Shown here: piece after piece, positions 24,225 through 36,966 of the stretch
Numbering within the stretch: the stretch's first letter is position 1
Layout: every line of letters starts with the position of its first letter
Assembly (NCBI GenBank): GCA_000182565.2
Contig: KQ257463.1
Direction: 5' to 3' (one strand)
Source: Spizellomyces punctatus DAOM BR117
Taxonomy: Eukaryota
DNA: 47,616 nt
Made by a program: the position numbers and the translations under genes
Notes under the pieces: model-generated
The model's input: the letters and a program-made list of their open reading frames with translations, nothing else
Database searches by the model: none
What the model was told of the DNA's origin: nothing

Positions 24225-25100
24225 ATGTCCTTCTTTCGGGTTCCTCGATGGTCTGGGCAAAGATGGGGAGCTCTTATATCCAATCAGCGACTCTCTGGCT
24301 CCAAGTGCCCTTGCGCCCCGTCCTCCCATCCTTGTCCACCATCGACGTCTCATTCCCAAGTCCGTCACGCAGGTCACAACAAGTGGTCAAAGATCAAGCG
24401 AGCAAAAGGTGCTAACGATCTGCAGAGGGCTAATCAGACATCTAAAATTACTCGACAAATCATCTCTGCGGTCAAAGCCGGAGGTGGCGAGACTGATCCA
24501 TCTCATAATCTGTATTTGGCCTCCGCCCTCCAACTTGCCCGTTCACATCAATTGCCCAAGGCAACACTGGAAAACGCTCTTAAAAAGGCCTCTGGTGCTA
24601 CTGCAGGAGGAGCTGAAGAATTGTACTCAACCGTTTACGAGGGTTTAGGTCCCGCTGGCGTGGCGTGTATTGTCGAGGCGCTGACGGATAATAGGAACCG
24701 GACATTTGCAGAAGTGCGGCATGCATTTACAAAGCGAGGAGGCAGCATGACGCCCGTGGCCTACCTTTTCACCAAAACGGGGCGTATCGTGTTTAGTGCA
24801 GGGACATCGGGTCATTCGATTTCGCAGATGGAAGATTGTGCGATTGAGTGCGAAGTAGAGGATATCGTTGAAGCAGACGAGGCGGAAGGTACTCTAGAGG
24901 TACACTGTGCCGTGAAGGATCTTCTTGCAGTCAAAAAGGGACTTGAGGCCAAAGGATATGAAATCAAGGAATTTGAAACGGCATATGTGAGTGAAGAGAA
25001 GGTCGCTGTGTCGGATGCTGAATCGAAAAATTTTGAAAGTTTGTTAGAGCAATTGGATGGAATGGAAGATGTGGTCAAGGTACATCATAACGCTACCTGA
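24225..25100 (+). CDS. TACO1: YebC/PmpR family, mitochondrial TACO1-like translational activator
   Basis: AGHNKWSKIK, YEGLGPAGVACIVEALTDNRNRT and C-terminal EDVVKVHHN, preceded by an Arg/Ser-rich presequence-like N-terminus. Alternative ATG at 24141. Confidence 0.93.
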   Translation: MSFFRVPRWSGQRWGALISNQRLSGSKCPCAPSSHPCPPSTSHSQVRHAGHNKWSKIKRAKGANDLQRANQTSKITRQIISAVKAGGGETDPSHNLYLASALQLARSHQLPKATLENALKKASGATAGGAEELYSTVYEGLGPAGVACIVEALTDNRNRTFAEVRHAFTKRGGSMTPVAYLFTKTGRIVFSAGTSGHSISQMEDCAIECEVEDIVEADEAEGTLEVHCAVKDLLAVKKGLEAKGYEIKEFETAYVSEEKVAVSDAESKNFESLLEQLDGMEDVVKVHHNAT

Positions 25101-25268
25101 GGGATGGAGACCATTGCGTTATAAACAGAGAAGTGACGATGGATATGTGAAATGGGTTTCATATGAAGCCAAGAGATATCAATTATTAGGAAGATTTTGA
25201 CTTAGATGGCATAGAAGTGGGCTTCATCCTTCAACACCATGTAGATAGCTAAAAAAAAAGTACACAAT

Positions 25269-28121
25269 TTATTTTCTTCTTCCAGTGCCCATACTCCACG
25301 ACGACCTGGTTGCCGCCCCCCTGGCTAATACTGCACTACTCCTCAGGTCCGCACTCGATCGTGCGGCCAGGACCTTACCCTTTTTAGCTGCTGCCGCTTT
25401 CATGAGCGCCTGGAATGTTTTCTCCCCTGGGTCTGATGGGCTCGTCATTTCGCGTGCAGGGGGCAGATGCGGCATCGACTGTGTCTGTGATAACTTTTGT
25501 GGGGTAGCGCTACTTGGGCGATAATTGACCTGAGGCGTTGTGGCACCCTTCTCGCCAGATCCTCCGCGTTGGATGATTGAAAGCTTTGCAAGGAGTTCCA
25601 TCCGCTCCTCACATTCCAATCGAACCGTTTCCTTTAGGAATTTAATTTCGGCTTCTCTTTTGGCCAGTGTTGATTTCAAATCTGCGAGCTCCTTGGGATC
25701 AGTACATGGTTGCGAGGATGGACGAGCGGATGTCAGTGCCAATTGTTCCTCGAGGGCCCGAATACGCGCTTGGTAGTGAGCGAAGTCTGCGGCATTGGAT
25801 GACTGCATAGTATTCGCTTAATGCGAGCAGCTGAGGCACTGAACGAACGAACCAATTTCTCACCTGCAACTTGCTGAGCTGCTCATTCAATACGGCGTAC
25901 TTTCGCTCCCAATTTTCTTCAGCGTGCGTCACTTGGCGAGCCGCCCGAAGATCTGCTTCATCTTTCGCGAGCCGCAATGCATCAATTTGTCGCTGCAGAC
26001 GATCCCGCGCAACATTCATTTCCTGTTGCCCGAATATGACCATCAATTACCGGGTGATCGCTCAACATTTTGCGAGAACCTGATCTTACCGTATTCAAAG
26101 TCTCTCTGAGATGTCGAAGTGCTTCCTCTTTATCAGCTGTCAAGGTTCGGCGAAGTTCTGCTTCACGTTTGTCGGCCTGCAAACATAGAACCGTATATCG
26201 TCAAGATCCACCTTGCATTTGGTATACGATTTAAGTCTACCTCCGTTCGTCCGGCTTCTTTGATGTCTTCCAGGAACTTATCTTGAAGCTGTTTTATCCT
26301 ACTTTGATGCGCTTCGATGGTTTTTTGCCTAAACTTCTAGGTAAGAATACAACAGATCGAAAACATTTGTATTGTGAACAGCTACCTTTCCGCGCGTAAG
26401 CCTTGCATTGTCGAATGAAGATCCCGGACAGTGCGCTCCAAAACGTGGACTTGTTCCTGCGCAACATTTAAGTGGGTTCAGTAAATTCCACTCAGGCTGT
26501 GAGAACAGGTATGTACACACATCTTTTTGCGCCATGGCTCTGTGAGCATTGGCGAGAGCAGTGCCTCCTTCCTCCAGAGACCTCCGCTCTTCCTTGAACC
26601 TGTCCAATGCTTCTTTCAATTCTCTCTGTCGGTTGGGTTCCTTTACTCTTCATGACATCCTGACCAACTATTGAGACATTATAGCGTCATACCTCCTTGA
26701 GTGCAACTTTCCCATCCAACACGGCGATCCTGTTCTCGAGAGCACATATGTCTTTCTGATGAAGATCTTTTTCTTGAGAAAAGCGGCTCTCTAGCTCATG
26801 CATTCGGGTGCGGAGCTTATCACGTTCATGCGTCAAGTCCTGGAAGCGTCATGTTGCCTGGTTTAGCATAAATTCTTCGTCAAGGGACTTGTGAATACGA
26901 TGCGTACCGCAACCAGGGTATTTGCGGCATGCAGCTGGTCCTCCAATTTCAAGCAAGTCGCTTGTAAACCTTGGGCGTAATCTACGAAAAGGAATTAGCC
27001 GAGTACCCACCGTTGTGATTACGGACCATTGCATTCTAACTTTTTTGCGTATTTATATGCTCGGATGCTTCCAGTTTCTGGATGTTTATATCATGCATAA
27101 GGCGATCATTTCGGTCTTGGCTGTTGTTCAAGGAAAATCAGTTCGGTAAATTCATCAACGGGTTGTTCCTTTCTATCCCTCACCTGTCCTGCAATTCCCC
27201 TCGTAGGTTATCCAACTCCTTTTGCAGAATCCCCATATCCCCCTGAGCTTTCAGCTGCGTTGCCTTTCGAACCGCTTCACACTGTTTACGCAGATAGGAA
27301 TTAAACTGGCCGGTCAACCCCTGCTGAACGGTTGGCAGGATCTCTCGGAGGTTGCGCGAATACCTAAACAATCGTTCGAGTGATATGAGCGTCATCGAAA
27401 ACGTTCCCCTTAAAAGTCTGTAGCTTACGTCTGTCGCACATCTGCCTTCACTATATTGACTTGCTTTCGTTGATCTAAAAGTTCCGCGCGTATACTCGTG
27501 AGAATTTGGACAAGCTCGTGTATTTGCCGTCGCTGATCTTCCTTTGCTTTTGAATATTTCTGTCGCGATACTTCCTAACATTCGTATCTTGTTTTAAAAT
27601 GCATGAGGTTTGGGGCAGAATACACAGATCCACATACTAGGTCATTGGTAACCCTTTGATTCTCGGCCTGCGCATCTTCTAAAGCCATTCGAGATTTCTG
27701 TGCATCTTCCTGCACCTTCTTCAACTGTTCCTCTAATGCCTCATTTTTCCGAGCGGCTTTTTGTTGTGCGTCGCTTAATGAATCCATTCGAGCTAGTAAT
27801 TCAGGCCTCTCACGAGCATAATCCTGGATAAACCGAGAAGGACAGGAAAAGGTATTAGAACAAGTTTCACAAATGCCCAAGTTGCAACCAACCCACCTCT
27901 CACCCCACCTGCATGCTGCGCAAGTCCTTTTCCAATCCCTTGACATGTTCTTGCATACGCTCATACTTTGTCAGAAGAAGGTATGATATTCCACAGTACT
28001 GACATGCTGTCTCAGCTTCGGACATTTGAAGGATTTCCTCTGGCAATGGATGATAGGGGGTCAAATCGGTAGATGGAAGATATAGCGAGCTTGCGCTCTC
28101 GTAAGGTGCTTGGCTCGCCAT
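25269..28121 (-). CDS. LEKR1: LEKR1-like coiled-coil protein, multi-exon
   Basis: N-terminal PYHPLPEEILQMSEAETACQYCGISYLLL and C-terminal LKETVRLECEERMELL resemble the conserved LEKR1 blocks. Intervening exons are E/K/L-rich coiled coil. Confidence 0.8.
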
Positions 28122-28314
28122 TTTGAGAAAGTGAGCTCAAACAAACTAGATCGCCCTGGTGAACTGCCAAAGATCCAAAAAGACTCCGCACCAACGATTC
28201 GCGTGACTAACCATGTGCTTATCTCATCACCCTCATCATGATCAGACTGGATTGGCAAAACGAGTCACTTTTCACACAACGTCCAGATAACCTATACTCG
28301 ACGAAGAGCAAAGG

Positions 28315-29983
28315 ATGAGCAAAAAGCCGCCAGCAGCGAGTACTTCCCGAGTGTCATCAGCAGTGACATCAAAACTGACCAAATCCTCCACAAACTCGAC
28401 AACCCGCCTCTCAACCACATCTAAACGCAGGCCTGGATCGGGAAAATCAACCAGCCAGACTTCACTCGCAAATTCCGGTTCACGGGCCAATCTCGGTTCT
28501 CGGTCCGTCAGTAGGGCTTCTGTCCGGCCTGGTTCCGCTGGTGAGAACAAGTCCAGGGGAAGGACACCTCAAGAGGGGACCGTTGCGTCGGTGGAGGATG
28601 AGGTGTTGAAAGAGGATCAAGCTGTACCAGATGTTGAAGAGATTCCAGCAGTAAATGAAGAAGCAGAGTATCGTAAAAGAGTTGAGGCGCTGCCAGTACC
28701 TTTTGAAGTGTTGAAGCGAGGATTATCAAATTTGGGAAGATCACCTGAAGAGCTAAAGCAAGTTTACACCAAGTTATCGATACCGGTTAGGACAACCTGT
28801 CGGATTTGGACGCTAATTATTCCAGTCAATGCCAGTCAATGTCACTCATACATTGATATTTCTCACTAATTAGAATGCAAACATTTCCCAAATCTCTTTC
28901 CTCCAAAACTATCGGTACCTGCAAATTCTCGAACTGCCCGGAAATAGCATCTCGGGTTGGGACGAAAAGTGCTTTTTCATGCCATAGCATTGTACCTTTC
29001 TGATTACTTGCACTGCGCTAGATACCTCCACACTATCCCACTTGCGCTATCTGACACACCTTGATCTATCGGGCAACAAACTGACCAAAGCCCTCGATTT
29101 CGATCCCCCGTACAATCTCCAACACGTTGATCTTTCCAAAAACCAAATTACAGAGATTGGACAGATGGGACGGCACAGATTCCTGGCAAGATTGTGTTTG
29201 GATCGTAAGTGCCCAACCACATTGGTTTCGTTGTGGATAGGAATACCCTGATAACTATTGTAGTTGATAGGGAATCTGATCCGAACAATTAGTGGGCTGG
29301 AGGATTGTAGATATTTGACTCACCTCAGTTTAAGGAATAATGGTATTTTGATGATTGAGGGATTGGAGGGCCTACCTATTCGGTATTTGGACCTGGTAAG
29401 TCAGAATGTTGGTTGATCTATTGAGACAGAGAGGTTTGTGCTCATCTTTTGCGAAACATCCATAAAGAGATATAACCGTATTGCCAGTCTGGAAGGCCTT
29501 GCAACACTTGGAGACCTTGAAGACCTCTACATTGGACACAACTGTATAACAAGTCTAACACCACTCCCCAGTCTCCCATCCCTTCGTCTCATCGATCTAT
29601 CCTTCAACAATCTAAACAGTATTGACTCATTGGCTCAGTTACAAGTCCTCATACATTTACGGGACCTCTACCTATCCGATAATCCATTAACAAATTCACC
29701 ATCCTATCGATTGCGGACTGTATTTCTCCTTTCTCAACTCACGGTCCTGGATGCTCTGCCCGTGTCACCCGAAGAAAAAGTTGCGGCGATCAACAAGTAT
29801 GATCCACCGCCTAGTGTGGTTGCGAGTGTGCATCATGCAGCGATGCTAAAGCGGCAGATTAGAAGGGAGGCGAGGATTAATAAAGTGGATATTATGGAAG
29901 GAGATGGATCTGGAGGTGAAGAGCTTGAACTGGAAGCCTTGGTGGAGGTTGTTCATCCAGGGGAGCGCTGTTCATCCGTTTGA
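28315..29983 (+). CDS. LRGUK: LRGUK-like leucine-rich-repeat protein (LRR region only)
   Basis: LSNLGRSPEELKQVY, SDS22-like LRRs, LRRcap NPL...YRL, and EEKVAAINKYDPPPSVVA matching the LRGUK post-LRR motif. No guanylate kinase P-loop follows. Confidence 0.75.
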
Positions 29984-30184
29984 TTCCATAAAGGGCCAAC
30001 GCAACGATATCTCATAGATTTGTTTTTGACATTTGTGGAATCTCTTTGGGATGTGGTTACGCATCAGTCGCTCTAATATACATGTTTATACAGTCGTGCA
30101 GGATATATGTTGCATGAAAATTTGTAAATTCGGTTCGGTTCCTTCCCAATATTCCACTCAATAAAATCTTTGCTATATACATGT

Positions 30185-33165
30185 TCAAAGATACTTGGGT
30201 CGTTTGCGTGGAGTCACAGTATCGTTCGATACACTCTGTTGATCATTTGAATCGACCATGAATCGCCACGACAAGCGTCGTCCTTTACGTGACAAGCTTG
30301 TCGATTGATCGTAAGAGAACGTCCTGCTTACTCGCTCAGTAGAGCCATCTAAATTGCTATCGGTACTTGATTCTTCTGATTCAGCATCACTGTCGATATC
30401 AATCACAGTTGATTCAGGCTGGACGGACGGGGACGTTGATGCGGGGCAATCGCCGAGAGTTTGCAAATGATAGTCTGACAGTTTAGCCGGATTGGGGCGC
30501 TTATCGCGGAATCGATGATACAGGTCGAATGCAGGCTCATATTCCGATTCTGATTCTGATAGAAGGGATATAGGCTCCTTCGCTCCATGATACTCCCGGG
30601 TATGTCTCACTAAGCTACGTTTGGAGTTATATGCTGTACCGCAAGGTTGACAATAATGCTTTCTTGGACTGCGAGTGGGTCTGTTGAACTGGGCAGCTGC
30701 TGAGCGATGGCTCATAGATTCATAATGTTCCAAGAGTGAAGACGGCCTGCTGAGAGTCACATCACACACTTGGCAATATTGTTCCGACTGTGCGCTCTTG
30801 GGTCGGGCGGGACTGTTCCTCTCGCGAGTCGGCGTGTTTAATTGTGCAACTGCTGCACGATGCCTCATCGTTTCAAGGTGGCTCAAAAGTGAAGACGGCC
30901 TGGTGAAAGTCACGTCACACACTTGACAATATCGATCCGACTGATTGCTCTTGCGATAGGTGGGACTCGTCTGATCGGCTTGAGCTGGACTTTCCCTACG
31001 ATGCTGCGGGATGGTCTCCTTGACCTTTCTTTGATGCGTTGCGGAACGCTTTTTATGAACCTCGAGTGATTCCAAAGTATCGAAATGCAATGAACAAATT
31101 TCACACATGTAGGTTATAGGGATTGTTCGGACGGAGGGTGGGGTTGGATAAGGGGACTAAGAAGAGTCAGTTAACGAGATTGCGGTGCCAGAATATCAGA
31201 TTGCATGATGAGAGGTTTTACCGTATTAGTAGTGGACAGCATATCGGACTCCTCTGCCTCCGACGACCATTCGAAAGAATGATCACTATAGTGCTGATCA
31301 GGCTCTTCGAACGGAGATGGGGGCCTGATGGCCGGTGCGGTGGTTCGTCTCAACAACCCTTCGATGTCTCGCTTCTCCTCGTAATTTGGCGTCACCAATG
31401 TGTCATTGACCAGGAAATCGCGGATTGTGAATTTTCCTTGCAGTCGATGCGGTTTGTTTATCTTGATCGTATCTCGACCTCCCCGTGTCTCGCGAACATA
31501 GTCAGACGTGAATTCACCCATCACGTTTGCTTCCTCTTCCGTAAAAGGATCACCGCCTTTGACGACTTCAAATGCTCGTTCAATCCCAAAATATGCTTTT
31601 GCCTTCCAAAATCGCCAAGCGTAATCAAAGTGGGCAATGGCGGGCGTGAGTACCACGTACCATTTCTGCGAAGTTTCTTCTCGAGAGGATCCTCGGCCCC
31701 ACGTTTGCACTACTTCATGGGCTGCGAGACTCAAGTCCGCGACCGAAACCAAACCGATGAGTGGGTCGTGAAACGCCACTGTGAGCATCCTCACTAATAT
31801 CACGATCTGAAGTTCTGGGTCTTTGGTATGGAGGTCTTTGATGACCTTTTCGGTGCCACACGACCTGTATGTCTCGCTCGTGATGACTCGCACTGCCTTT
31901 ACGCCCAGCAGCTCAGTAAAGAGTTTCTCGTAAGCTTTTGCGGTTGCGATATCTGCACATCTATGGATTGCATACAGCGCGGGATGTATCGTCGCGCGGA
32001 GATGCCCGATGAGAACTGCAATGCTTTTCGCATACGTTCTTTGAACGACAGGTTCTTCCAACAATGCCCGGCAAAATGCTTTGGACGTGCAAGATTCGTG
32101 TTCTATTTGTCGTTTGCTTAATGTAGAAGAGTTCCAGGTAAGGCCGACTTCGTCTAGGTTCATTTCTACTTCAACAAAGACTGGATTTTTGTTCGTTTGT
32201 TGTCCAGTCTCCATGCCAGTTTTGATCGCATCTGCATCTCTGAGCTCGAACAGTATTTTATCTTGTGACTGTGGGGTGGCTGTCAAGCAAATAACATGAG
32301 CATGAGGGAATCTCGTTTCAACACTGTTAACCATTTCAGACGACAAATGGGACTCATCAATGATGATGAGAGTCGGATCAATCAGCTTGTCCATTTGCCT
32401 CTTCTTTTCAATCAACCGATCTGCTTCTCCTGAAATGGATGAACAACGTTGCTCGATATGGTCAACCGCCGCCTTGCATTTTTCGGTAAATGTTTGAAAA
32501 GTAGAAAACAGTACGGTTGGTGCGTGGGATTTCTTCCACCACGGTCGACGACGGGAAGATTTGTGCTCAGAGCTAGCAATGACCGTGAATGTCTGACTAT
32601 AAAAGTCCCGAAAGGTGAACATTTTATCGCAATCAAAGGGAAGCCTCGAGCAAAGGAAGTCTGCAACTTGGGCGTTATGTTGATTCGTGTTCCCGCACAG
32701 CACGACATGGAGTGAAGACGTGGGATGGATATATGCGGAAAGGAAAATGACAGGTGTCGTTCTAGGTCGGAGGTAGAACTGAGCCAAAAGGGCTACCAGC
32801 GCCTTTCCGGATCCAGTGGGCATTACAACGGTTCCCCGCACAGGTCCATTCCTCGGAGCGCTGCCCGTTCCCAACCTCTTCAGTGTCCTGAGCGCCTCTA
32901 TCTGACCAGGTCTCAATTTCCGCTCAAATATACACACGTCGTGAATTGCGTCCAGAAACTCTTGCTGCACTCGTCTATGCACCGCTTGGTTTCGACGCAG
33001 TTCATTGTCCGTACTCCTTGTTTGGAATTTCAGCTTTTGCTCCAAACCTTCAACCTTGAGCTTGAGTGCCGCTATCTCGCCGTCCTTGTCTTGAAGTGAC
33101 TGAATCAGGTATGTGCAATTCGAACAGCTTGGTGCGGTGTGAGTATGGTTGGCTGCTAAGGGCAT
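30185..33165 (-). CDS. SF2 (ResIII-like) helicase fused to four C2H2 zinc fingers, 2 exons, ~971 aa
   Basis: Exon 1 33165-31222: LRPGQ, MPTGSGKA, IIIDESH, LTATP, QTWGRG. Phase-0 intron 31221-31157 (GTAAAA...CTGAC...TTAG) reads in frame as STTNT|SPYPTPPSVRTIPITYMCEIC into ORF 30185-31108. Confidence 0.8.
30735..30945. repeat. Intragenic 153-bp (51-codon) zinc-finger duplication
   Basis: YCQVCDVTFTRPSSLLSHLETMRHRAAVAQ vs YCQVCDVTLSRPSSLLEHYESMSHRSAAAQ; DNA anchors AGTGAAGACGGCCTG at 30735 and 30888. Confidence 0.9.
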
Positions 33166-35022
33166 TTTGAAAAAGGTTGCAACAACTCATGCGCGAGACA
33201 TGTCGAGGGATGGAAAGGGGGGACGTTAAAAAGCATGGCGGAAGTGGCCAAGAAACACGCCAGCAAGCTTTTTGACGGGGAAATCGCGATTTGACAGCTG
33301 TGACCTTTTGATGGGCGACCCCCGTCTTTCAGAATAGTTGCATTGACGTCTTCCAGACCCCTCCTTCATAAGGCTCACAAGGCAAGATGAATTGTGCGTT
33401 CAGTTCAGCCTTCATTCATTTGTCGTGCATTACAAGATTTGCACAAATTTAATGATGATAGCATGTGAATAACATGGATTGCTGGCTCTGCAAGGGAATG
33501 ATTGTCGTGCTAAAAATGACCAAATGTGACATTTGAGATACATGCATCCCGGTATTCTGAAGTGTGTTCCATCTTGTAATATAAACCTGTTTGCATCCTC
33601 CGGGCGCAACATCAACTAAATTACCATCAAGACCGTTGGTCTGAAAAGACTAGGAGACTGTTAGTCAGAAAAGATGGACGATCAGTGAGCACTGTTGACA
33701 AGAATCATGGATTTCCGACATATCATGTGCGGATAGACTTGAGAATTTTACCTTGTCCACCGTACGGAGGAGTGTGAAAAAAAACCCACTCATCTCGCGC
33801 ATTCTGTACGAGGTACAAGTGGTCTAAATCTAGCATTCGTTTTCAGGTCGGTCCGCAATATCGCTTTGGACGGACAGTTTCGCAGTACCTCCACCTGCAC
33901 ACAATTGGATTTGGACAATGGAACCTGGCCAAAATGTCCATTGGATACGGACAGGAGTTGTGCTATCCTCTGAAGCCTGTACAATCGGCTTTGACAATAC
34001 CTTCGTCTTCTGGCACATGCGAGTTGCGGAAAATGAGAAAAGATCCAATTAACCTCTGTTACCTTTGCTAAGGCATACCTCTTGTCATTGATTCCAATAA
34101 CGAGTCATTGTGGAAAAGGTACACTGTATCACGGCAATGTCGCCATCTAGACAGATAGCGGAGCCGTCCGAGGTTTAGGTCCACCTCGAGTATCTGCACA
34201 TCCTCCATCTTGCATTAACCATGTGATCTGTACATTTGAGTTATGGTTATGCCGGCGCTCTATAAACAAATCTAGAGACATTGTACAGGAAATGGTTTTC
34301 AAAAGGATTACACGATAGAATCTTACAATGGCGCATCAGTTATAGATAGCCAACAAAAGAAACGAGTTCCGGTATACAGGACTCTCTTGGAAAGAAAACA
34401 CAACCTTGTGCAAATCATTGAACAATTGGATATGGGTTGTTTTGAGGGCTCCTGTTAGAGGATGACACAGGTCACGATCTCGTCGCCAATAACCATCATC
34501 TTTGAGGCCTTATTTAAAAGGATGACAATGAGTTGTAAGTTTCGTATACTGTTGGTTTTGGAGCACAAGGACCGTCGAGGAGGAGCCAAGTATGTGACAG
34601 TTTTGGCCCATAGTGTACGAAAGCAAACTGTATTTGTGGTTTCATTCAAGACGAATGTTCATACATATCCTACTAACGTTCAAGGATTTACAAACGGAAA
34701 AGATGAGAGAGATGCATGGAATGTTCAGTAGGTTAGTTGATGCATACCGCTCATGTTGCGCTCCTCATCAATAGTACTTTAAAAAGATACAATTCCATCT
34801 GCATAAAAGTCCGAATGCAAGTCACGTGGCTATTTTTCTGTCCAAAAGTCTCAACTCTCCAACATGTCTTTTTCAAACAATAATTTATTAACAAGAAATA
34901 TAAAGTTATAATACAAGAAACAAGCAAAAAAAGATATTCGCAATCAATGCAAGAATAAACGGCAAATGTCAAAGAAACCGCCACAGATGGGTATTAAGCG
35001 GTTCGTTCAATGTCGGTCCATT

Positions 35023-36966
35023 TTAAACGGTCAACTCTCGAACAATCTTGACCTTTCCCCCAATGTGAACCTTTTTCCACATTTCCCTCTTGGCTTCTGT
35101 GCTGGCGACGCGTTTGACACTCGCCGGTAATGCAGGCGTCGCCTCCAACAAGGTCTCAATAGCAGCCTCGAGTCCCATGCGGTGAATGGCAAACAGCGAC
35201 CAGGAAAATGTGCGGACAAAGGCGTCCACGTCTGCGAGGCGGTTGAAGCGCTGTTCATTGAGCGTCGATGCGAGGGAGCGGAGGAGGCCGCGTGTAGCAT
35301 CCATGGGGAGGTGGGTGGCTTCTTTGGGGCAAGCAACGAGGTGACCCATGGCGGTCGTGTAAATGGGGTGAACCTTGTGATACTCGGCGTCATCGGCTTC
35401 AAATTGGACGCCCGATTCGTTGGTCCGAGAAAGGTTGAGGAGCCAGACAGCCATGGTGAAGGCAGGCACGCGAATCACGTCAGTTTTGTTGCCAGTGGCG
35501 GCCATGGCGCGCTCGACCGAAGACAACAATCGGTCAGAGATTTTGCTGGTTGCTCGGGCACCGACGCGGCGAACAGTGTCGTTGAGACTAGCATCTGAAA
35601 ACCGGTTTCGGATGCATTCCGTGTACTTTTTGAGTTCAGCAGGCTTGCCGCTGAGGAAGGTGCACCATTCGTTTTGTGCCTTGGTGAGGAGTCGAGCAAT
35701 GGTTGGCTTGTGCATTGTGTCGTGAATGTACTTGCAGCCAAGCCGGTGGCCGCAGGTAGCAACGATGAGATGACCAGCATTAAGGCAGTAGAATTTACGC
35801 TGCCAGTACTCGGCGCAAGAATCGACAACTTGCACGCCAACCTTTTCCCAGCCGGGAGTCGTCTCGGGGAATCGTCCGCGCTCAACAACCAGTTGGCGGA
35901 AGGATTCGCAACCAATGGTCAGAGTCGAGTCGAATCCCATTTCCTTGTGTGCGTCCTTGCGGAACGCCTCGGTAGGCTCGGGTGTGATGCGGTCGACGAG
36001 CGTAACGGGAAAGTCGACATTGTCGTCAACCCAAGAGACCAGCTCAGGGTCGACAAGCTTGAGAAACTCGACAAACACTTTTTTCATCGTGCTACTGTTT
36101 TGCTCGATATTGTCGAGAGACATGATCGTCATGGGAGTCTTGATGGTCTGGGCACGAAGTCTGAGACCGGCTGCAAGGTAACCGTAAATAGATTTGGGTC
36201 GGTCGGGTTGTGCCAAGTCGTGAATAATGTCGGGATGCAACACATCGAGTTTGCCGCCTTCGGCAAGGTAGTATCCCTTGTTGGTGACTGTGACGGTAAC
36301 CATCTTGATGTTTTCCTCGCCCATTCTACTAATGAGAGCACGAGGATCTTTTGGACCAAACATGGTGTCTACCACGGGAGCGAGTACCGAGGAGCTGCGG
36401 TTCTGGTTCTCACGGACGACGAGGACGTACATGCCGTCTTGCTTGCGAAGAGCAGAGATGGTCTTGTTGCTTCGGATGGATGTGGCGACAATACCCCATC
36501 GCTGGTCGTGCTCGAGCATGTCGTTGACGTACGATGCCATGTGAGCAAGGGCAAAGTTTCCGGTACCAATGTGGAGGATACCGGGCGTCACAGTAGCCGG
36601 GTTGTAAGCGGGGCGCTTGACCGTGGCGGGCAGCTGATGCAGAGTGCTACGACAGAGCTGGTAGCAAGGCTTTTTGGGAACAAGATCTTCGGCACTGCCT
36701 GTCTTGATGCGGTTGGCATTGGGTCTTGAAGCGAGTTCGGTCAAAATGGCACGAGCTGCATCGAGCTTGGTCCGTACGAAATCCTTTTGCAAGGTTGGGT
36801 CGACCTGGGATTTGCGCTCATAGTGCTTCTCAGTGTCGCCAGCGGCACGATGAAGCTTCTTGTCTTGAACGCGGTATGCAGGAGCCTTTTAATTTTAAAA
36901 GGGGGGCATTTGTGAGTAAAGACTGAAATCAACAAAAGTAAAAGACATGTCCTTGAAACTCACCAT
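35023..36966 (-). CDS. Long-chain mannitol dehydrogenase family oxidoreductase
   Basis: GILHIGTGNF, TVTNKGY, MSLDN, LVDRITP and catalytic K-x4-N-x2-H (KFYCLNAGH). ATG-only first exon 36966-36964 and intron 36963-36886 (GTGAGT...AAG) give in-frame MAPAYRVQDKK...LQKDFV. Confidence 0.9.

Noticed and set aside
31123-33099. Plus-strand ORFs opposite the helicase
   Set aside because: Antisense shadows with no motifs.
33430-34984. Short ORFs between helicase and dehydrogenase as transposase or missing guanylate kinase exons
   Set aside because: No DDE, RT or P-loop motif and no terminal repeats recognised.
35674-36729. 351-aa plus-strand ORF
   Set aside because: Antisense shadow of the codon-biased dehydrogenase; likewise 38564-39280 opposite the HAD gene.
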